This document shows positions 20,014 to 29,402 of a stretch of 64,000 bases of DNA, piece after piece. The stretch lies in NCBI GenBank assembly GCA_043823195.1, contig JBDRAZ010000103.1, positions 42,038 to 106,037 of the forward strand. The letters run 5' to 3'. The translations under genes and the position numbers were made by a program. This DNA is from an archaeon (GTDB lineage Archaea; Nanobdellota; Nanobdellia; Woesearchaeales; JBDRAZ01). Under the pieces are notes generated by a model. That model saw nothing but the letters and a program-made list of their open reading frames with translations. It ran no database searches and was not told the origin of the DNA. Within the stretch, counting starts at the first letter, position 1, and the number at the start of each line of letters is the position of its first letter.

Positions 20014-21448
20014 ATGGCGGATGTCATTCTTGTGCAGCCCAGAAGCGAGTTTCTTGATCGTCTGCAGGTGCACCCAAACATCCCTTTGAACCTTCTGGCG
20101 CTCGCATCCCGTCTGGACAGCTACAATGTCCGGATTATTGACCAGCGCACGGAACCCGGCTGGAGGGGCCAGCTCAAAAGGCACCTCCGGACTGACCCGG
20201 TTGCAGTAGGCATATCCTCAATAACCGGGAAACAGATCTCAAGCGCGCTGGATATTTCACAATTTGTCAAAAAGCACTCAGCGGCCGCAGTTGTCTGGGG
20301 CGGCCCGCACGCAACCCTTGAGCCCAGGCAGACCGTTGAAAACCAGTACATCGACATTGTGGCTGAAGGTGACGCAGAGGAGTCGTTCCCATCTGTTGTT
20401 GACCATCTTGAGGCGGGCTCCGGCCTGGACAGGGTCAAGGGCATCTGGCACAAGAGCAAAAGGATCACCTGCAATGGCCCGTCAAAGCCCTTTGACCTCA
20501 ACATGCAAAGGGACCTGCCTTTTGGGCTTCTTGACATGAGGAGGTACCTGGGTAAGGAAAAAAGGCTCATGATCGAGACCTCCCGCGGGTGCCCATCTGC
20601 CTGCACATACTGTTCTGCAAACAGGCACCCCTACAACGCCATGTCCCCTGAAAAAGCCGTTGACCTGATCCAGGCAGTATCTGGCTCGTATCATCTGGAG
20701 CACATCGCGCTTGCTGATTCAAATTTTTTTTTTTGACCACCGGCGCGCCCTGAGGATTATCCGGGGAATGATCAGGGAAAAGGTTGCCGCCAGGCTGTGG
20801 GTCCCAGGAACCCACATCATTCCGTTTTCGCGCTATGCAGGCCCTGAGCTCCGGCTTGTGCAGAAAGGCTGCAGCTATCTTGGGGTTGGAGCGGAATCAG
20901 GTTCCGACGCAGTCCTGAAAGAAATCGGAAAGAACATTACTGTCAGGCAGGTCACTGACTTCAACAGGAAGATAAAGGAATACGGCATCACGGTAAACTA
21001 CAATTTCATGAGCGGCTTCAGGGGCGAGACAGTGGATGACCTGGCATCAACAATCAGGCTTATGCTGGACCTGATCAGGCAGAACCCAAACGCAATCGGC
21101 GGACCGGTCAACCCTGTTCAGATCCTCCCTAGGACCCAGGTCTACAAACAGGCTGTACATGATGGCCTGCCGCCTCCGCGCAGGCTTGAAGACTGGATCC
21201 AGTTCAACAGCACCCTGGGAAGCAAGCTTGGGCATCTTCCGTGGGTTGACGCAGAACGGGCCGGCCTCCTCAGGGGCATCTATATATCTTCGCTGTTTCT
21301 GAACGACCAGTCGTCATACCTTCACACAAAGGCACTCAAGCCCGTGCATAAGCTGTTCAGGCGCATCTCAGAATACCGGCTGCGCAACCTGGCCTTTGGG
21401 CTTATGCCTGAAAGAGCAGTATACAACGCTCTTGAGGGGTTGCTCTAA
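20014..21448 (+). pseudogene. B12-binding (class B) radical SAM enzyme, frameshifted in a T11 homopolymer (20724-20734)
   Basis: ORF 20014..20736 has the B12-domain N-terminus and SRGCPSACTYCS, and ends ..ADSNFFF*. ORF 20711..21448 continues the TIM-barrel in the +1 frame. Joined they read ..ADSNFFFDHRRALRII.. One extra or missing T in the run restores the frame. Confidence 0.6.
20724..20734 (+). repeat. T11 homopolymer at the frameshift point
   Basis: Counted directly: aaa + 11 t + gacc. Confidence 0.8.
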
Positions 21449-22728
21449 AAGTGCTCGCCCCGCGCATGCCTCAGCCAGTAGTAGGCCCCATACACAGGCA
21501 GGAATCCCATAACCGGATACCTGAGGGGGCCTGGGTTATAGAACTGCATCTTCTCAAGCAGGTTTGTTCCCGGCCGCACTATCCCTTCCCTCACTGCCTG
21601 CTCATATAATTCTGTATGGGGGTAGATCCTGATGAGGCCGAAGAGCACCCTTCTGCCAGGCGACGATATCTTTGCCGCAAGCCGCAGCGTTTCAGATAAT
21701 GTGGAGACGGTCTCGCCGGGCGGATTAAGGAAGAACATGAATCCTGTATTGAGCTCTCTTGTTTTTTTTGCGCAGTCAATTATCTGGCCCACAGTAATTT
21801 CCTTCTTCAGCATGTCCAGCGTCCTCTGTGAGCCGGCATCAGGCGAAAATTCAAGGTAGCTGCAGCCCGATCTCTTCATCAGGCTGATGCTCTCCCTGTC
21901 TGCGTGGTCCGCCCTCATATAGGTGGCCCACGAAACATCCAGGTTCCTTGCGGCAATTCCCTTGCAGATGCCCCTCAGCTGCCGCTTATTGTCGCCGAAT
22001 ATGCAGTCGGCAAACCATGCCTTCCTGATTCCGTGGCCGGCCAGCTCCTCAACCTCATCAGCCACAGCCGCGGGGTCCCTGTACCTGACCTCGGCATTCT
22101 GGATGTTTGAGTATGTGCAGTATGTGCACTTGTAGCGGCACCCCCTCCTGGTCTGCACGCCATGGTCGGTATACCTGCTGAGCCGGATTCCGGGAAAATC
22201 CCTTTTTACCGGGCCGTCAATATCATGGATTGCGCTCGCCGGCCTGGTGAAGACAACCCTCCTGTTTTTCCTGTAGCATATCCCGCGGACTGATCCGGGA
22301 TCCCGCAGGTTTTCCAGCAGCTCGCAGACTGACCTCTCACCCTCTCCGATAATTCCGAAATCGATCCCCGTCTTTTCCATGATCTCCCTGCTGAACAATG
22401 TGAACCCTGATCCGCCCGCGATAAGGATGGCATTGCTGTTCTCTTTTATCAGCTTTACAGCCTTATAAAACCAGAAGATGTTCCTGTTCCTGATAAAGAG
22501 GTTCTCTGTCTGCGAGTCCGCATTCCTCAAGGATACCCCTATGACATCAAAGCCATCTCCTGCCTTCCTCCGCAGGCCCCCAAAGGGGTCTTCGGCAACA
22601 TTCATGTCAAATATCTCAACAGTGTGGCCTGCATTCTCAAGGGCTGTGCCTATATAGCAGAGGTTAAGCGGGAAAACCTTCCTTTTCCTGATATCCTGGC
22701 CAGGGGATTGCACAAGGAGGCAGTGCAC
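21445..22728 (-). CDS. B12-binding (class B) radical SAM enzyme (GTG start overlapping upstream TAG as TAGTG)
   Basis: Motifs VHCLLVQSPGQD..(B12 domain)..RRGCRYKCTYCTYS..FGDNK. The ORF track extends it to 22815, but a GTG at 22726-22728 overlaps the stop of the upstream gene. Confidence 0.6.
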   Translation of the reverse strand: MHCLLVQSPGQDIRKRKVFPLNLCYIGTALENAGHTVEIFDMNVAEDPFGGLRRKAGDGFDVIGVSLRNADSQTENLFIRNRNIFWFYKAVKLIKENSNAILIAGGSGFTLFSREIMEKTGIDFGIIGEGERSVCELLENLRDPGSVRGICYRKNRRVVFTRPASAIHDIDGPVKRDFPGIRLSRYTDHGVQTRRGCRYKCTYCTYSNIQNAEVRYRDPAAVADEVEELAGHGIRKAWFADCIFGDNKRQLRGICKGIAARNLDVSWATYMRADHADRESISLMKRSGCSYLEFSPDAGSQRTLDMLKKEITVGQIIDCAKKTRELNTGFMFFLNPPGETVSTLSETLRLAAKISSPGRRVLFGLIRIYPHTELYEQAVREGIVRPGTNLLEKMQFYNPGPLRYPVMGFLPVYGAYYWLRHARGEHF

Positions 22729-24047
22729 TATCTCATCCTCTCCCTCTCTATGTTCCCGTATGCCAGGCTGCTGGTTCTTCCGGAGCTCGAAATCTCGCCG
22801 CCGTCGCAGTTGCATGCGCTCTGGGTATCGAGGTTATGCATGTCGCATATGCTGCCGAATTCGATTATCAGGTATCTTCTCGTGAGACCAGACTGGCCAA
22901 AGACAAAGTGCTTTCCAAGGCGTTTCATCGCCAGTGTCTGGATCGCGCGGTATATCAGTCCGAGTGAGCCCCGGTTCAGATTCGTGAGGAGTCTGAACAG
23001 GACAATCCGGTTTTTTGATCTGATAAAATCCATCAGTGCATCCTGCATGTCATCAAGCCTCATGATCCCGCTTATCGGATCATAGCCCCCCTTGTTTCTC
23101 CGGACTACGTAGTAGTGGTTGTAGAAGCACCTGGGCTGGCCGAGCATATAAAAAAAGGCATAAATGAGCCTCTGGAAATTCAGGACATCTGCCTTTGTGA
23201 TCCTCCCATCGGTGCCCTTCTCAATGATGCCTATCTGCTCATCTATTGTCAACGAAACATCCCTGCTTAGTCCGGCCCTCCCGAGGTGGCTGTAGCTCTT
23301 GTAGAGGATTGCCCTTACAAACCCATGCTGCGCAGCATAATCCAGTATGCCTGCCATATTATTTTCATTAATTCCCCTTCCCACCGCAACCTGCAGTATG
23401 GTCGGCATGCTGAGCATCTCAAGATTCCTAAGGGCCCTGAGCTTTACGTCAAGCAGCTTTTTTCCCCTAAAAATCGAGCAGGGCTTATCAGAGAATCCGT
23501 CGAACTGCAGGTGCACCTCAACAAGCCCGGCACGCTTCAGCGATTTGAGGTATCCATGATCCGCTAGCCTTATCCCGTTAGTATGCAGGGCCGGGATGTT
23601 CCCGCTCTTCAGCACAGCCCTGATTACCTCAGCCAGGTCATCCCTCAGGGTTGGCTCGCCCCCGAACAAACCAATCTTGCAGTTCCGGAGGTCTTTCAGC
23701 TGCCCGGTAATCTGCTGGACAGATGGTTCACTGTATTCCCTGTTTGCGCTGACATGGCATATCGGGCAGTCCAGGTTGCACCGAAGGGTCAGGAACAGGT
23801 TATAGTACTCCTGGCTCATGTTCCATAGCAGGCCCTTTGAGCAGTCATTAAGCGAGAAATAGGCCTCAGAGGCAGCCCTGTAATAGCTGCTGTCATTTGA
23901 GATGACCGAGGATATCATCCCATGCTTTTTGCACCGGCGCTCCAGGAAAACCCTCGGCTTCCTCTCAACAACAGAAGCATTCAGCTCAGACACGCATATG
24001 GGGCAATAGGCCTTAGTCTTCCTTAATATCATGCATGCAGTAATCAA
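22728..24047 (-). CDS. zinc-ribbon-radical SAM fusion enzyme (paralog of 18726..19976)
   Basis: CPICVSEL..(20)..CKKHG, LTLRCNLDCPICHV, GLFGGEPT, LHTNGIRL. Collinear with 18726..19976 including HLQFDGF. Confidence 0.6.
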   Translation of the reverse strand: MITACMILRKTKAYCPICVSELNASVVERKPRVFLERRCKKHGMISSVISNDSSYYRAASEAYFSLNDCSKGLLWNMSQEYYNLFLTLRCNLDCPICHVSANREYSEPSVQQITGQLKDLRNCKIGLFGGEPTLRDDLAEVIRAVLKSGNIPALHTNGIRLADHGYLKSLKRAGLVEVHLQFDGFSDKPCSIFRGKKLLDVKLRALRNLEMLSMPTILQVAVGRGINENNMAGILDYAAQHGFVRAILYKSYSHLGRAGLSRDVSLTIDEQIGIIEKGTDGRITKADVLNFQRLIYAFFYMLGQPRCFYNHYYVVRRNKGGYDPISGIMRLDDMQDALMDFIRSKNRIVLFRLLTNLNRGSLGLIYRAIQTLAMKRLGKHFVFGQSGLTRRYLIIEFGSICDMHNLDTQSACNCDGGEISSSGRTSSLAYGNIERERMR

Positions 24048-24125
24048 AACGGTTTATATAATCTTTTTCATCCCGGTCTCATCCGGCCCATCGCGAGCCA
24101 GAATTCGGCGGTTTCAGGCAGAAAC

Positions 24126-24905
24126 TCAGCCAAGGGCGATTCTGTCAATATACAAAACGCGGTCTTCGCCAAGATTATCCGGAGTCGGCTGATCGATGCG
24201 TATTCTGTAATTTGTCACCCGGTCAAGATTCTTCACGCCATTGCCCCTGAACGGAAAATTTTCCCCCGGCGCTTCCAGGCTTTCAAACGGTATTGTAATT
24301 GATGTCCAGTTTCTCATATGCAGCACATCCCCGGAGGCATAATGCCACCAGTCTCCGTCTTCATCAACGACCCAGAATTGCAGAACCCCGCCTGACCCGT
24401 CCGGCTTCAATGACAGTTGGACACTCCCGTACCTGCTCCAGTTTTGACTTATTCTCTTGTATATCTTTATGTGCTTCCCGGCCTCATATTCGCCGAAATT
24501 GAACTCGATCATCATCGAGCTGTTGCCATCAAAGGAGACGCCTGAGGCAATGCTGGCATTCATTCTGATGGTGGGCTCATTGATGTCGTCTTTTCTTCCG
24601 AACCTTTCAAAAACAAAACCATCAATGCCCCGCTCAAAATCATCAAGTACTGTCAGGTTGCCCTCGGCCCTGCCAAAGGCGTCATCAAACAGCCCATCCC
24701 GCAAGCCTGCATCCTGTCTGCCTTCATTGTTATGCACCCAGAAGAAAAAGGCCACGATGAGAAATGCACTGATCCCCATGGCCAGGAAAAATGTCTTTCT
24801 TTCCCAGTCATCGGCTCTGCTTTTCCCGGTCAAGTCGTGCTCAGGTGATTTCATCGATCCTGCATAAGTGATGCTCTTATTTATTTCTGCCTGTCTGCCG
24901 GACAA
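24126..24905 (-). CDS. membrane-anchored CBM11/CIA30-like beta-sandwich domain protein
   Basis: One N-terminal TM helix (FFLAMGISAFLIVAFFFWV), then a domain paralogous to the C-terminus of 16582..18729 and to 30936..31688. Confidence 0.5.
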   Translation of the reverse strand: MSGRQAEINKSITYAGSMKSPEHDLTGKSRADDWERKTFFLAMGISAFLIVAFFFWVHNNEGRQDAGLRDGLFDDAFGRAEGNLTVLDDFERGIDGFVFERFGRKDDINEPTIRMNASIASGVSFDGNSSMMIEFNFGEYEAGKHIKIYKRISQNWSRYGSVQLSLKPDGSGGVLQFWVVDEDGDWWHYASGDVLHMRNWTSITIPFESLEAPGENFPFRGNGVKNLDRVTNYRIRIDQPTPDNLGEDRVLYIDRIALG

Positions 24906-25125
24906 TTCAGGGGCTCAAACACGCACCCGGGCAATAAGGCCCTGTCTGATTATCATGCACAAAAATTTCGCGGAATTGTCAAGAACCCATGGTCCACGAA
25001 GGGGGGATGTATCGGATGATGTCTGCTCATGCGCTGTGCAATCGGTTTTTGGAAATGATCAATAATTTTCAGCCAGTGATTGATCCCGGGGGCCAGGACC
25101 AGATGGAAAATTTCTGACTTTCTGA

Positions 25126-25186
25126 CATTGCGAAGGGCATTAAATCCAGCATTTCAGGGCGGGGCACTTTCGGTGGATTTTTATGA
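25126..25186. repeat. copy A of a recurrent intergenic GC-hairpin/U-tract element (ttgcgaagggc..gggcggggcactttcggtggatttttatga)
   Basis: Shares cgcagggc / c(c)cgcac / cgg(c)gg(g/a)ttttt(at) blocks with copies at 31952, 34662, 52757 and 57278. Confidence 0.45.
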
Positions 25187-25203
25187 TGCCGGTTTTCAAT
25201 AAG

Positions 25204-25215
25204 GTTTTTATAATC
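25204..25215 (+). promoter_or_regulatory. TATA box (ggtttttataatc) about 25 nt upstream of 25236
   Basis: AT-rich box at the canonical distance from the start codon. Confidence 0.4.
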
Positions 25216-25235
25216 TTTAATCTTTGACATGACTC

Positions 25236-26765
25236 ATGTCCCGCTCATTACTCATCTCCCGCTCATTATTGCTCATTTTGCTTGTCCTTCCGGCGGCATG
25301 CAATCCGGCAAAGCCCGGCAATACAAAGGTTGTGGTCCTGGCGATCGACGGCCTGTCATGGAACGTTATTCAGCCCATGCTCAACAACGGAGAGCTTGAA
25401 ACCTTTGGAAGCCTGATGGATAATGGCAGCTACGGCACACTCAATGTCCCGGAATGGGAAAGCTCACCCGTATTATGGACAACCATGGCAACCGGACGCC
25501 CCCGCCAGTATCATGGTATAGATGGGTGGTATTATTTCGATGCTGAGACTAGGTCATGGATGCCGACCGAATCAACAGCGAGGAAACTGCCGGCAATCTG
25601 GAACATTCTGTCAGGTTTCAACAGGACAGAAGTCATAATTGACTGGCCCGTCACCTCTCCGCCTGAGCAGATTAACGGGATCATGATAACCCGCTTCAAC
25701 TCAATTGAGCATATGGACATTTATCCTCATGACCGGCGGCCCGAGCTGGAGTCGCTTTTATCCTCTGCAGTCTATGATAATTCCCACCCAGACCCGTGGG
25801 TGAATTCCGAGCTCAGCGGCTTTGCCCGCTGGAAACTGCTGACATCAGCCTACCTGCGCGAATCCCCTGACCTTCTTGCCTCATATCTTCAGACCGCGGA
25901 TGGTCTGCAGCACAGGCTGTGGAAATACTATGAGCCTGAGCTGTTTGTCCATCCTGTCTGGGGGATCGATGAGGAAAACATAAAAGCCTACGGACAGGTA
26001 ATACCTGGCCATTACCGGGATATAGATGGCTACATTGGATCGCTCCGGGCCGGGCTGGATGAGCACACAGTCCTGATAATTATCTCTGATCATGGCCTAA
26101 GGCCGGTACCCAGCCCGACAATCAAGAAGTTCGACATTAACCGCATACTGCAAAAGGGGGGCCTGTTATCCCTTAACGCGGCAGGTGATATTGATTACAA
26201 CAGAAGTTCTGCCTACGAATGCGGGACTGCAGAAGAAGACATCAAAGTCTGCCTGAACCCTGATTACCTCAAAGATGCCTCGCGTCTCAGTCACGTGATC
26301 GACTCTGTCCGCGTAGGGGGCATCCGCCCTCTGATGCTTATGGAAGCTGAAGACTCCTATGCAGTCGTGCGGAATCTGCTCTTCAGAACCAGCCTGCCTG
26401 AGCAGATGGGCACAATTGAGGTCTTGTCTCATGACTACAATCTTTCGGGTTTTATAACGCTCTCCTTTTCAGGCGGCCACGACAACAGCGGCGTCATCTT
26501 CATGTCCGGGCCGAACCTCAAGAAGAACGTCCACCTGCGCAATGCAAGCCAGTTTGATGTGCTGCCGACGGTCCTGTATATCCTGGGCTTGCCTGTTGCA
26601 GAGGATATGGAGGGGCAGGTCCTCACCGAGGCATTTGATGCAGCTTACCTGGAAAAGAATCCGGTCAGGTTCATTGCCAGCTATGGGAAGAGAAGCATAA
26701 CCCCGGACCTGGCATCCAGCGACATGGAGTTAATTGACAAGCTGCGGTCTGTTGGCTATGTGTAG
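25236..26765 (+). CDS. secreted alkaline-phosphatase-superfamily enzyme, nucleotide pyrophosphatase/phosphodiesterase (NPP)-like
   Basis: Signal peptide/lipobox (LLLILLVLPAAC). VVVLAIDGLSWNV and SSPVLWTTMATGRPRQYHGI resemble NPP motifs (..TGLYPESHGI). The sulfatase C/S-x-P-x-R motif is absent. Confidence 0.55.
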   Translation: MSRSLLISRSLLLILLVLPAACNPAKPGNTKVVVLAIDGLSWNVIQPMLNNGELETFGSLMDNGSYGTLNVPEWESSPVLWTTMATGRPRQYHGIDGWYYFDAETRSWMPTESTARKLPAIWNILSGFNRTEVIIDWPVTSPPEQINGIMITRFNSIEHMDIYPHDRRPELESLLSSAVYDNSHPDPWVNSELSGFARWKLLTSAYLRESPDLLASYLQTADGLQHRLWKYYEPELFVHPVWGIDEENIKAYGQVIPGHYRDIDGYIGSLRAGLDEHTVLIIISDHGLRPVPSPTIKKFDINRILQKGGLLSLNAAGDIDYNRSSAYECGTAEEDIKVCLNPDYLKDASRLSHVIDSVRVGGIRPLMLMEAEDSYAVVRNLLFRTSLPEQMGTIEVLSHDYNLSGFITLSFSGGHDNSGVIFMSGPNLKKNVHLRNASQFDVLPTVLYILGLPVAEDMEGQVLTEAFDAAYLEKNPVRFIASYGKRSITPDLASSDMELIDKLRSVGYV

Positions 26766-26859
26766 CCTGACTGACCAGCTGGTTCGGTCTGTGGGATTCT
26801 GCCCGCTGGATTCTGCTCCTGTAGGTTCCCCCAGTCAGCAGGCAGCTCAGCCATTCTCC

Positions 26860-27984
26860 TCAGTCATCCCCTTCAATCATCCTCCTCAGCCATCTCCTCT
26901 GGGTTGTATGGCTGGGGTTGCACTGCGCGCAGTAGGAAGGTATCTCCCTCGCGAGAAGCCCCTTCCTGATCCTCTCAAAATACGGGCCGTACCATATGTC
27001 CGAAAGCGGCCGGTCACGTATGCTGTCCCCTTCATCTGTTGCAACGTCGCATGAAATCACCCTGCCGTCTGCCTTGACAGTCATGTGCAGCCAGGGGTCA
27101 TAGCATGGGACTGAAAGCAGGGACCGGCCATCGAACTCTTCGGAATCCTTCCTTACCACTTCGTGCATCGAGCTGCTCTTTTCGATAAGCTCATCATCAA
27201 CATTGCAGTCCAGGGTTGAGAAATTGCTGTCGATGCCGTACTTGCGGCCAAGCGCAATTGCCTTTTTCAGGTATTTCGGAAACTCTTTCCTGTGTTCCGC
27301 TGTGAGCCTTAATTCCTCGCCCCATTTTGAATATATGATTATTGGCTCAACAAACATGTACTCGGTCCCGATATCCCTTGCCAGCCTAACCATCTCAGGC
27401 AGCTGTTCGCAGTTCTTCACAGAGAGGACCGTATTCGTATTGATCATTGGCTTGCTGCTTTTCAGCCTCTTCTTGATCTGGCTGAGCCTCTTTGCCGCGC
27501 CGGTTGCCTTATCAAATGTCCCGGGGATTCCGCGCAGGTAGTCATGCGTCTTTGCATCAGGCCCGTCTATGCTGAAATGGATCCTGTCCCATCCGATCTC
27601 AACCAGGGTTTGGAGCTGCCCGGCAGAAAGGTTAGTGCCGTTTGTTGTCAGTATTCCGTACATGCCGTGCTTTTTAATCTCCCTTATCACAGGGAATGCG
27701 ACCTCCGGCACAAATGGCGGATCACCCCCGCCGGCAATATGCCATTCCCTAACGCCAAGTTCAGCCGCCTCGCGGACGATGGATACCCACTTCTCCTTCG
27801 GCATCTCAATTGTCCTGGAAAACTCATTTATGCGCCCGTATTTCTCATCAGCCCTCCTTGAGCATGACAGGCAGGTCAGGTTGCATCTCCGGTGCAGCTC
27901 AATATCTATCTTGACCGGCCCGGTTGGCCTGCCCTTATGCCAGCTGACCAGCCTCCTTATCTTTTCACGCTCAAGATCATCCAT
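26860..27984 (-). CDS. radical SAM enzyme with SPASM/twitch-type C-terminal domain
   Basis: RRLVSWHKGRP..HRRCNLTCLSCSRR, AGGGDP, TTNGTNL, VPCYDPW..GRVISC..CAQC. Confidence 0.75.
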   Translation of the reverse strand: MDDLEREKIRRLVSWHKGRPTGPVKIDIELHRRCNLTCLSCSRRADEKYGRINEFSRTIEMPKEKWVSIVREAAELGVREWHIAGGGDPPFVPEVAFPVIREIKKHGMYGILTTNGTNLSAGQLQTLVEIGWDRIHFSIDGPDAKTHDYLRGIPGTFDKATGAAKRLSQIKKRLKSSKPMINTNTVLSVKNCEQLPEMVRLARDIGTEYMFVEPIIIYSKWGEELRLTAEHRKEFPKYLKKAIALGRKYGIDSNFSTLDCNVDDELIEKSSSMHEVVRKDSEEFDGRSLLSVPCYDPWLHMTVKADGRVISCDVATDEGDSIRDRPLSDIWYGPYFERIRKGLLAREIPSYCAQCNPSHTTQRRWLRRMIEGDD

Positions 27985-27997
27985 CTAAGATAGCCCC

Positions 27998-29199
27998 CTA
28001 TTGAAAATTGCGCGGTGTACCCTGCACGAGCGGGGATAGGCGGTGATTATTCCTGATTCTGTTTCTCAGCTTATGGAGCGGGCTCTTAAGCAATCTGGCC
28101 AGGCTGTCTCTTGTCTTCCTTGTCTCGACGACAATACCTGAGGCACAGGTCCTGCAGTAAGACGGCAGTCTGCCGCTGACGACATCTTCCCGCAATTTTG
28201 CAAAATATGGCCCGTACCATATCTCATGAAGCGGCCTGCTATGTATCTTCTCTGCGTCATCCTGGAAATCGCACAGCCTGCACATCACCACATGCCCGCT
28301 GGCCCGGATCTCCATGTTAAGCCATGGCTCGTAGCATGGCGCTGAGAGAAACGGGTCATCACTGGGTTTCTTTTTGGCGTCATCAACCAGTATCATGTCC
28401 ATCTTGGTCTTGTCGATAAGCCTTGACTCCTGCAGGCTCTCCAGGTTTGTCGGCACGCTGAGCTTCCAGGACAGCTCCAGTGCTTCCTGTATCCCTTTCT
28501 GGAATTCCGTCTTCTGCCCCTCAGACAGCTTCAGCGTCTCGCCGGCTTCAGACCACACATTCAATGGCTCAAAGCACACCCCGTCGCAGCCCAGCTCATG
28601 CCCCCACTCTACCATCTCTTTGAGATGATTGTAGTTGCGGTTCGTCAGAACGGCATGAAAGCTGTAGGCCGGAACCCTGCTCCCGTACTCTTCCCTGTAT
28701 TTCTTGAAGTATCTCATGGTATTGACACTCCTCTCAAATGAGCCGGCAACCCCGGTCACATAATCATGGATCTCCGGGTTTGGGCCCTCCAGGCTGAACA
28801 GTATCTTGTCCCATCCGATCTCCACAAGGTTTCTTGCGGATTCCTCTGTAAACAGCGTCCCGTTTGTGGTCAGGCAGCCGAACATGCCGTATTGCTTTAT
28901 GAGGTTCATAATCCTCAGGGCGGTATCCGGCCTTGCCATCGGCTCCCATCCCCCGGCAATCTGCCACTCCAGTACGCCAAGCGCCGCAGCCTCATGGACA
29001 ATCTGCAGCAGCCTTTCCTCAGTCAGTGCTCTGGAATAGTTTGTGATCTTAAGCCGGTCCTCAGACCTCTGCCAGCAGAATTTGCACTTAAGGTTGCATG
29101 AATGCGTGGGCTCAAAATCTATCTTGACAGGTCCGGCCCTTTCGCCCCCGGCCCACCTGGCAAGCCTCTTTATGCGTTCTTTTTGAATTCCCTCATTCA
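27998..29199 (-). CDS. radical SAM enzyme with SPASM/twitch-type C-terminal domain (start taken at MNEGIQKERIKRLARW; the ORF extends to 29302)
   Basis: THSCNLKCKFCWQR, AGGWEP, TTNGTLF, APCYEPW..GHVVMC..CRTC. A TATA-like ttataggatatatga lies just upstream of the chosen ATG. Confidence 0.7.
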
Positions 29200-29361
29200 T
29201 CTGCTCTAGCTCATATATCCTATAATGCCCCCGGCACATGATGGGAAAGTCAAGTTTTTTATATAGTTTATGATGGGCCGGGGCATGCCTGCCTTGCGGC
29301 ACGGGTGCGTCAAACCCTTTTTAGGCCCGGGAAAATAATATCTCGCGCCTTGCCTGGCACC

Positions 29362-29375
29362 TAGCTAACATTTAT
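29362..29375 (+). promoter_or_regulatory. TATA box (acatttatatagat) about 30 nt upstream of 29403
   Basis: AT-rich box at the canonical distance from the start codon. Confidence 0.4.
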
Positions 29376-29402
29376 ATAGATAATTGCGATACAAAGAGTA
29401 AA

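Noticed and set aside
20711-21448. 245-aa ORF as an independent gene
   Set aside because: It is the C-terminal half of the frameshifted B12-rSAM gene.
25236-26765. Possible sulfatase that would pair with the SPASM rSAMs as anaerobic sulfatase-maturating enzymes
   Set aside because: The protein has NPP/phosphodiesterase-type motifs (..ATGRPRQYHGI ~ TGLYPESHGI) and the candidate site reads S-S-P-V-L. It lacks the sulfatase C/S-x-P-x-R signature, so an anSME-substrate relationship is unsupported.
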